Assembly (NCBI GenBank): GCA_964541455.1
Contig: CAZIPS010000005.1
Coordinates: forward strand, 1-59,468
Length of the DNA stretch: 59,468 nucleotides
Reading direction: 5' to 3'
From: an uncultured Candidatus Saccharibacteria bacterium
GTDB taxonomy: Bacteria > Patescibacteriota > Minisyncoccia > Phycocordibacterales > JAKFXT01
Shown one piece after another: positions 54,501-59,468 of this stretch. The notes under the pieces were generated by a model. That model ran no database searches. It was not told where the DNA came from and worked only from the letters and a program-made list of their open reading frames with translations. The position numbers were made by a program, and so were the translations under genes. The number at the start of each line of letters is the position of its first letter. Position 1 is the first letter of the stretch.

Positions 54501-57500
54501 TAAGCATCTTAATTGAAGAAGAAGCGAGCCCACCTGTTGTAAAACGAATTTCTGCTAAAGAATTAGTGGTGGAAGCAGTACCAAGAAGGAGGGCCGTGTC
54601 TGAACTATAGAGATAAGTATCAAGTGGATTACCCGCGTTCTGCAGAGCTTGACTATATCCCGACCCATTAATACCTAGATTGCCATAATAGGTAGTTTCT
54701 GTACCAATGTTTGATGTAACTACAAGATCAGATGAAGCCGATGTTCCGCCATTTCTATTTTGCACATTTACCTGCATGTAGTTATCAATATTTCCTGTAA
54801 AGAGTCCGGCCGTCACCCCACTACTGCCAACCTCAGAAGTAAAGCGAGCAAGAGTTGGTGAAGTGGTACCTATACCAATATTACCCGTAGCGCTAATTGT
54901 TAAATATGTTGATGTTGATGTAAGCGCATCACTACTAGTTCCAAAATAGAAATTACCGTTCGCAAAACGGAGGATACCATGTTTAGCATTAGTCCCTCCT
55001 CTTGGATCAGTGAGAGTTAATTGTGGAGCAGTTGCAGAAGCAATCTGGAGCATCCATGCAGGAGTAGAAGTACCGATACCGACAGTCCCCGCTGAATCTA
55101 CATTAAACAAACTTGCATTATTTTGCCTAATATCAAAAATTTTAAACCCAGTTGTTGTAGCAATATTTGAATTAATTCTAAAGAAAGTACCTTGAGAACC
55201 CACCGTTGAACCAGAGGGTAAAGTAAATTGCGCTGCACTATAACCATCAGAAAGGCCATTCAGCGTATTCCAACTATATGATAAATCTGGGGAATCGCTT
55301 GTAGAAGAACCTACATTAAAATATCCACCTGTTTTATAGACTGAAAGTGCGAGTTTATTTACCCCCGAATTATCCCCAACTGACAATTGAGCAGCGGGGG
55401 TTGTTGAACCCACGCCAACGTCCCCACTACTTAATATCGTAAGTAATGTTGAGGTTGAGTTAAGGGCATCTACTGCCTTACCAAAATAGAAGTTCCCATT
55501 TGCAAAGCGGATGATCCCATGTTTAGTGTTCGTTCCTCCGCTCGGGTCCGTAAGAGCTAGCTGTGGGGCGGTACTAGAAGAAAGTTGAAGGAGCCAATTA
55601 GGAGTAGTGGTGCCTATCCCAACCGTAACTCCATACTGATTTCCCACACCCCCTAATACCATGGCATTTGATTTATTCACTATCGCTCCTGCACCAATAG
55701 CTGTTGAATAACTAAGGGTACCCAAACCAGCATCTGATTCAGCCCCTAGAAAAGTGTTGTAAATTCCAGTAGTAGTAGTAGTGCCCGCCCAAGTACCAAG
55801 TGCAGTTGAAGAAGCGCCTGTTGTTCCATAAAGTGCCCACCACCCTACTGCAACAGATGAAGAACCTGTTTGATTGTTACGCAATGCTTGATATCCAAGA
55901 GCAGTATTATACGAGCCTGTAGTATTTGAAATAAGAGACCATCCACCCAACACAGAGTTATAAGAACCACTTATATTGCTATTCATCGCTTGGAACCCAA
56001 GAACATTATTATATACACCCGTAATGTTATTAGCAGCCGCCCCATACCCTACTGCTACATTGTTTGTTCCAGTATTGTTAGCCGCCAGAGCATATGCACC
56101 AAACGCAGCATTTCCATCCGCACTATTTGATTGAAGCGCATTTAGACCAACTGCCGTATTTTCATTGCCCGTACTATTAGAATAGAGTGCACTATTTCCA
56201 ATTGCCACGTTATCAGCGCCTCCTGTATTGCTGTATTGCGCTAATTGACCAATCGCAATATTTCCGTTTCCATTTTTAGAAGATCGAATACCAAGTGCTG
56301 AATTACCAATAGCAATAGTATTTAGCCCTGTATTTAACTCCGCTCCTCCAGCTCCATTTCCTATTGCAATCTGCTTTGTAGCGTCATTGGCAATAGTTAA
56401 GAACGTACTTGTTGCATTAAGTGCATCACTACTTGTACCGATATAGAAGTTGCCGTTCGCAAATCTCAAGATACCATGTTTTGCATTCGTGCCTCCGTTA
56501 GGATCAGTGAGTGCTAACTGTGGTCCAGTTGAAGAAGCAATTTGGAGCATCCAGGCAGGGGTGGTGGTGCCGATACCGACAAGGGTGTTTACTCCCCCAT
56601 TTACGTAAATAGCATTTGGATTAAGGGCACTTGTAGTAGTGGCCCACTTTGAGTTAGGAGGGGCTCCTGCTCCACCTCCACTGGTATCATCTCCACAGAA
56701 AATATTGCCATTTGCATCAGTAGTGAGTTTCCCAGAGTTTGCGAAGCCTGCACAGTTAAGTGAGGCGACACGGATACCATTAGTGAATGTTGATGTAGCA
56801 CTTCCAGTGATGTTGAGTGCTGCAGCATTTATGCCTGCCGTGAAGGTACTGGTTGCAGCACTTCCTACAGTAAGTACTCCTGAAACGCTAAGTGCTCCAG
56901 TGGTGGTGGCATTGCCATTTGCAAAGAGATTACCTTCTACAGAGAAACGCGAAGTAGGAGTAGTGGTACCAATACCGAGGAAGCCATTTGAGGTGAGAGT
57001 GAGGGCAGAGATTGAAGAGGTGGCAAACGTTGAGTTACTTGAAGTAGCAACATAGAGGAATCCTCCTGCATTGCGGAATGACCAATGATTGTTAGCACCA
57101 CTGGTGTCTGAAAGGGTGAGTTGAGGAGCGGTTGAGGTTGAGAGTTGGAGCATCCAATTAGGTGTCGTGGTACCTAACCCCAAATACCCACCATATGTCA
57201 TACGTGACATTTCAACACCCAATAAACTGGTTGACCAGAAGAATGGATCGATATTAATTTTCCCAATACTACCGTTATTATTCGCCTCCATCACAAGACC
57301 AGGATTAATGTCATAGATTTTTGACATCTTGTTGACATTGGTCGAATTAATAAAGAGCGAGCCTTGTAAATATGAATCTCCGACAACCCCAAGCTTCACA
57401 CCTGTCGTACCTCCAGGGTTATAACTAGAGCCGGCAATTACTGTACTCACATTTGTCATACCAACACCAACATCACCACCATTATTAACAATAAATCTTG

Positions 57501-59468
57501 TTGCTGTTGAGGAGCCGACAACAAATGCAGGACCGGTAATCTGATTTGGATTTATTGAGAGCATACCCCATGGCGACGTTGTTCCAATACCGACACTATT
57601 TGTTGAACCGATAATAGAGAGAGCTGTTGAGGTTGAAGTTAACGCATCACTACTTGTCCCTATGTAGAAGTTTCCGTTAGCGAAACGAATGACCCCATGT
57701 TTAGCATCAGTGCCTCCGTTAGGATCGGTGAGGGCAAGTTGTGGGGCGGTTGAAGAAGCAAGTTGGAGGAGCCAGTTAGGGGTAGTAGTACCGAGGCCTG
57801 CCCTTCCAGAATTAAGAATGGTGAGTTTTGCAGAATCTGATGGACCAATCATCGTTGATGAGGCAGTGTTGTTGGTGATGTTTGAACCGAAGGCTGATGC
57901 TCCTTGTGCAGATGACCAGATGTTGTAACCAAGAGCAGTTGAGAAGAGTTGGGTAGCTGTTGATGAAGCACCAACGGCGGAGGATTGAATACCGGAAGCT
58001 GTAGTTGAAGCACCGAAGGCAGAGGAGTATTGACCAACTGCGCTATTTTGATAGCCGATAGCAGAAGCTCCTAGTGCTCCCGCATTATTTACAGCACCGA
58101 CTGCAGTAACATACTGAGTTGAACCACCTGCGGTGTTGCTATAGCCCACGGTCAAACTTCGAATAGAGTTAATAACGTTTGAATTACCAACAGCAGTAGC
58201 GTCATCGGCTGATGATACATTATTGTTACTACCGAAGGCATTCATGCGTGGGTTACCACCCGTACCACCAATAATATTATTGTTTCCATAAGAGAGGATA
58301 CCGAGGTCGGTAATTGCTGAATTTAATGTTCCCCCATTACCAACCATGAAGACTCCTTGACTTGGAGTGAAGCGGACAATACTTGAGGTTGCTGAGAGTG
58401 CGTCAGATGATGAGGCGATGTAGAAACTTCCGTTTGCGTAACGCAAGACCATGTGTTTAGCGTTAGTGCCTCCGTTAGGATCCGTAAGCGCAAGTTGTGG
58501 GGCGGTTGAAGAGGCAATTTGAAGTGACCAGTTAGGGGTAGTGGTGCCGACTCCTAAATAAGGATTAACGATAAGACCTCCTTTCGTGACAGCAGTGCCA
58601 CCATATGTGCCAACCGCTACACCAAGGTTTACAGAATCACCACTTAAATAAGAAGTGGCTACATTGTTACCAAAAGTGAAAGCGGTTGTCTGGTTAGTTG
58701 GTGTACCAAATACAATGGCCCCACTATCTTGTGCATATAAGACATTACTGGATCCTGAAGATCCACCCTCAAGAGAGAGAAGGATTGAGTTAGAGTTAGC
58801 TGTCGAGCTTACTCTAATAAACTTACTTGAACCATTGCCTGTTCCAGCAACAGTAAGATATCCATCTGGGGAAGCCGTGCCGATTCCAACCTTACCACCA
58901 AAATAAGCAGAGGTATTTGATGTCACTCCCACCGCCCCAGCAACACTCAGTGAAGCATTTGGACTCGTACTTCCAATACCTAATCTACCACTGGTATCTA
59001 AAGTTAATGCAGACATTGATGATGTGGCAAATGTAGATGGCGATGCGGTTGCTATGTAGAACAGTCCTCCTACTGATCGTTGAACCCAATGATTTGATGT
59101 AAGTGACCCGTCAGAAAGCGCAAGTTGTGGGGCGGTTGAGGAGGCAATCTGTACTAGCCAGTTAGGAGTGGTGGTACCAATACCGACATAGCCCTTACCA
59201 TAGAATTGGATTGATTCGTTACTAACTGTTGTAGTAGCAAAACCAACAGAACCTGAACCTGATCCTGATCCACAAGCTGCCCCTGTTCCTGTAATGAGTC
59301 CTGTGGCTGAAGCTTGAAGACAAGTAGTACCATTACCCCCTAAGTTAGATACAAAGAGTTGAGAAGTTGACGCAGTACCAGTTACGGTAAGTGCAGAAGT
59401 GGTGGCATTTGTCGCAAAGAGATTAGTGAAGTTACCGGTCGTTGCAAAGAATGAGGTACTCGTACTGT
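48556..59468 (-). CDS. Giant (>3,630 aa, N-terminus outside the window) tail-fibre/adhesin-like surface protein
   Basis: Single open frame. My manual translation of 59017-59190 upstream of the first ATG (59016) found no stop and continues the same repeat (…GIGTTTPNWLVQIASSTAPQLALSD…); 59191-59468 was not translated, so openness to the window edge is inferred. It contains 8 conserved modules, YadA-head-like NxAxG repeats, two Kelch-like propellers and an S/T/P-rich C-terminus. Confidence 0.85.
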   Translation of the reverse strand, partial: STSTSFFATTGNFTNLFATNATTSALTVTGTASTSQLFVSNLGGNGTTCLQASATGLITGTGAACGSGSGSGSVGFATTTVSNESIQFYGKGYVGIGTTTPNWLVQIASSTAPQLALSDGSLTSNHWVQRSVGGLFYIATASPSTFATSSMSALTLDTSGRLGIGSTSPNASLSVAGAVGVTSNTSAYFGGKVGIGTASPDGYLTVAGTGNGSSKFIRVSSTANSNSILLSLEGGSSGSSNVLYAQDSGAIVFGTPTNQTTAFTFGNNVATSYLSGDSVNLGVAVGTYGGTAVTKGGLIVNPYLGVGTTTPNWSLQIASSTAPQLALTDPNGGTNAKHMVLRYANGSFYIASSSDALSATSSIVRFTPSQGVFMVGNGGTLNSAITDLGILSYGNNNIIGGTGGNPRMNAFGSNNNVSSADDATAVGNSNVINSIRSLTVGYSNTAGGSTQYVTAVGAVNNAGALGASAIGYQNSAVGQYSSAFGASTTASGIQSSAVGASSTATQLFSTALGYNIWSSAQGASAFGSNITNNTASSTMIGPSDSAKLTILNSGRAGLGTTTPNWLLQLASSTAPQLALTDPNGGTDAKHGVIRFANGNFYIGTSSDALTSTSTALSIIGSTNSVGIGTTSPWGMLSINPNQITGPAFVVGSSTATRFIVNNGGDVGVGMTNVSTVIAGSSYNPGGTTGVKLGVVGDSYLQGSLFINSTNVNKMSKIYDINPGLVMEANNNGSIGKINIDPFFWSTSLLGVEMSRMTYGGYLGLGTTTPNWMLQLSTSTAPQLTLSDTSGANNHWSFRNAGGFLYVATSSNSTFATSSISALTLTSNGFLGIGTTTPTSRFSVEGNLFANGNATTTGALSVSGVLTVGSAATSTFTAGINAAALNITGSATSTFTNGIRVASLNCAGFANSGKLTTDANGNIFCGDDTSGGGAGAPPNSKWATTTSALNPNAIYVNGGVNTLVGIGTTTPAWMLQIASSTGPQLALTDPNGGTNAKHGILRFANGNFYIGTSSDALNATSTFLTIANDATKQIAIGNGAGGAELNTGLNTIAIGNSALGIRSSKNGNGNIAIGQLAQYSNTGGADNVAIGNSALYSNSTGNENTAVGLNALQSNSADGNAAFGAYALAANNTGTNNVAVGYGAAANNITGVYNNVLGFQAMNSNISGSYNSVLGGWSLISNTTGSYNTALGYQALRNNQTGSSSVAVGWWALYGTTGASSTALGTWAGTTTTTGIYNTFLGAESDAGLGTLSYSTAIGAGAIVNKSNAMVLGGVGNQYGVTVGIGTTTPNWLLQLSSSTAPQLALTDPSGGTNTKHGIIRFANGNFYFGKAVDALNSTSTLLTILSSGDVGVGSTTPAAQLSVGDNSGVNKLALSVYKTGGYFNVGSSTSDSPDLSYSWNTLNGLSDGYSAAQFTLPSGSTVGSQGTFFRINSNIATTTGFKIFDIRQNNASLFNVDSAGTVGIGTSTPAWMLQIASATAPQLTLTDPRGGTNAKHGILRFANGNFYFGTSSDALTSTSTYLTISATGNIGIGTTSPTLARFTSEVGSSGVTAGLFTGNIDNYMQVNVQNRNGGTSASSDLVVTSNIGTETTYYGNLGINGSGYSQALQNAGNPLDTYLYSSDTALLLGTASTTNSLAEIRFTTGGLASSSIKMLIKPSGAIGIGTTTPNWLLQLASSTVPQLALTDPNGGTNAKHGIIRFANGNFYFGTSSDALNATTTLMTIATTGALLINSQATSSFNGGISAAQLNTTNGTSTFTGIRVASQGMTLSTLTGCNGTFVLETDSNGNVQCGADAGAGGGTPGGTAKAIQFTDDGVNFSGDATNFNWDSTNKRLGVGSTTPWVTFGASSTSANPVAVLDQRGAGDILHLQTGGVDKAVFANGGGLTITGATSDVVKSTVSTGQTTDFNYTGAVFTNTATSGSDVILSRGTIMNSNLGVASSPAATTTAVAINSGSHVVLRDDGGYMIIHGGGTFTASIWNGNSGNMGSYTAATGAQGVGGGAISLRQPDGRYLLIHAGSTTQTSIYDPYGNTAVTAGPTLSCTAADGTFAVQRDDGKYIVYCGGSTGTAIYDPGLRTSAAGPTSPATIRSGAHAIRRPDGSFLIFAGGNSTTAFLYSQNYGTTGTGANSSAITPTNGPTIKSGAFSIQLRDGTFLILSGDANASTLYNPATTASTTNSGVGTFTSLSVGPATALGDGAQSVWRQDGTYLLIRSSGQTATTIIDPANATNAAGFTTGPTLANALASTSIAFLRPDGTYAITRGGNSTAVDLYDMGFIVGGASTTGSLAGQYETDCMVATGLNPNSTLTWDIGGEGVVTFEVKTGTGSCSGSYKSIAKSGDLIDPTITTQNRVQVRVTLKRALPYFLDQEWGMRKSGITRYQRNVLDPVLQYLAVNNNNLYKRTTFTFGNASTSPSGATLNVNNRTDGTVALNLQQNANNEYFRTQNTTSGSGTQLFDGAFATTTSLLTGIASSSIVMKRPDGKFVIIAGATSSPNAQVYDPDTKSITNLGTVPAAYGINVNIGIGALAFKRPDGKFLITLANAVNTAGSGATSTTVIFDPVANTFSTGPNLTGNSGRGAMAIPLPNGRVLILHGNFTTTTSIYDPFTETMMAGPNTNAVVIGSGSFALPLPNGTYLVHPGVASEACTAVTTMMYFDPFQMTFRTATGVSAVASGPGTIVFQRSDGTWLEVQANQPTGTSVTVACAARNTTTLWTATNDPKPIVGPTIAIPSSNLRFESNVVMPRPDGTWTAVWAGATSTARYQHYLENEGAYTTNLAGPGVNGAIGAWVSRTTNTAPSTGLGITTAGSPVTNNYNNIGPGATAFQLDNGKFVLLGGAASSTASSTSVYEYDGGWASYGKYTTEEINIPDLDSASVLTWKTKGGTFDAVSAEIRTAATMTGLATATTRTLERPGAKINPGTGETWLQVTFHLKRAFPSYGGIQEDVWMGNGPTPVYPQRTLVTPTLTEVAVTKDTNLIDLQSDGISVFRVSSSGDIYGASGSTINTSGADLAERYTSDQNLENGEVVSLDPKYNHGVLRTKYQYQPDVLGVVSTDPGFVTGAYTKNSFPVALVGRVPVRVSTENGMIRAGDFLTAASVPGYAMKASLSGRVIGKALETIDPKTLVDCPQSDFFIPGRQCTTIMMFVNLIDYNGANVDTVMADWNDRKAALASLESSTGLDIATSSEASPLTMATSSTFMVTQNRKADAVLAFLTELRDSRNKGVAAQSELFTDRVSAVSQIIAPEIVTGLLSAENVEAGHITGLTLDVDTLKAKNITTQNLATNSLTLGNYTVRVGADGKLEISLINKTFATSSSTLLAIASTTGTSTENTLGVGTTSAIATLSGNGDDIPALTIDALGNIAFGGDVTARNLTPAHTALLANLLNAFSHTDVATTVGTSSATTTIETFTLSSGLSVGGSTVFNGGLSVDTISSIGTTTAFMSDTLFIGRPYFTKDTGGFAVIPKGSKSVYVAFDRDYTDTPIVNASISLEDTDATSTGDAILKGDVRYIISNKSVHGFTIRINAKAPEDIRFSWVALAVKDAKVFTERNNAYEEDDTAPAPPAADVSTTTPSAPVSSTSSPPNEASSSATVITGSVDSGSSQATAPPSPSIVDGGVTPTPPQTTEGNPPVQQESTAQ
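54330..59200 (-). repeat. Eight dispersed in-frame copies of an approximately 150-bp coding module at roughly 550-950 bp spacing
   Basis: The consensus peptide G(I/L)GTTTP(N/A)W(L/M)LQ(L/I)ASSTAPQLALTDPNGGTNAKHG(I/V)(I/L)RFANGNFY(I/F)GTSSDAL recurs near 59120, 58480, 57730, 57120, 56510, 55550, 55010 and 54400. The copies are also recognisable at nucleotide level. Confidence 0.85.

Noticed and set aside
48692-58906. Numerous plus-strand and off-frame ORFs (61-138 aa) across the giant gene
   Set aside because: They are shadow ORFs of a single uninterrupted frame of more than 10.9 kb. Their repetitive Ser/Thr/Val-rich translations mirror the coding repeats.
54330-59200. Regularly spaced repeats that could superficially suggest a CRISPR-like array
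   Set aside because: The repeats are about 150 bp long, imperfect, irregularly spaced (roughly 550-950 bp) and all in one open reading frame. They are protein-coding modules. No cas genes are present.
44186-59468. Prophage tail module or a diversity-generating retroelement target
   Set aside because: The protein is tail-fibre-like, but there are no capsid, terminase, baseplate, tape-measure, integrase or reverse-transcriptase genes. No template repeat matching the C-terminus is visible in the window.
1-59468. Alternative genetic code (for example UGA recoding, as in some CPR lineages)
   Set aside because: All conserved genes (rpoB, rpoC, hisS, dnaG, rnr) are full length and uninterrupted under the standard bacterial code.

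Overview
This 59.5-kb window comes from an AT-rich bacterium with small-genome features. It has monocistronic-looking units with strong hairpin terminators, almost no Shine-Dalgarno (SD) sequences on backbone genes, a type IV pilin and giant surface proteins. This style suggests a CPR/Parcubacteria-like organism, which is an inference I cannot verify here.

Backbone:
- A 5'-truncated tRNA-Asn sits at the left edge, followed by an accessory stretch (nucleotidyltransferase, SRPBCC, YdeI-like, DUF805).
- Transport, envelope and repair genes follow: APC permease, class-A-like serine hydrolase, AlkA-like glycosylase, pilin, VanY/M15 peptidase, msrB, FAD oxidase, P-type ATPase, SET-domain protein, histidine kinase, rsmE, RRM protein, hisS, exonuclease, ZIP transporter, DsbA-like protein and a UvrD-type helicase-nuclease.
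- A contiguous minus-strand rpoB-rpoC-dnaG-rpoD block is followed by rpsP-KH-trmD and then RNase R.

The right 15 kb is one minus-strand operon-like cluster. It is led by an ORF of more than 3,630 codons that stays open to the window edge and encodes a tail-fibre/adhesin-like protein. It is followed by a small TM protein, a secreted FN3+dockerin protein and two membrane-anchored cohesin-like proteins.

The second striking signal is a set of seven short high-GC segments dropped into intergenic gaps. Six of them are autonomous cassettes with a TTGAC(A/C) -35 box, a strong SD, a high-GC ORF and a GC-stem terminator. They encode, among others, a PEP-CTERM protein and an orphan RNA polymerase alpha-CTD protein that lies just across the rpoD terminator from the RNAP/sigma operon.

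No rRNA, CRISPR array, transposase, integrase or reverse transcriptase was seen.
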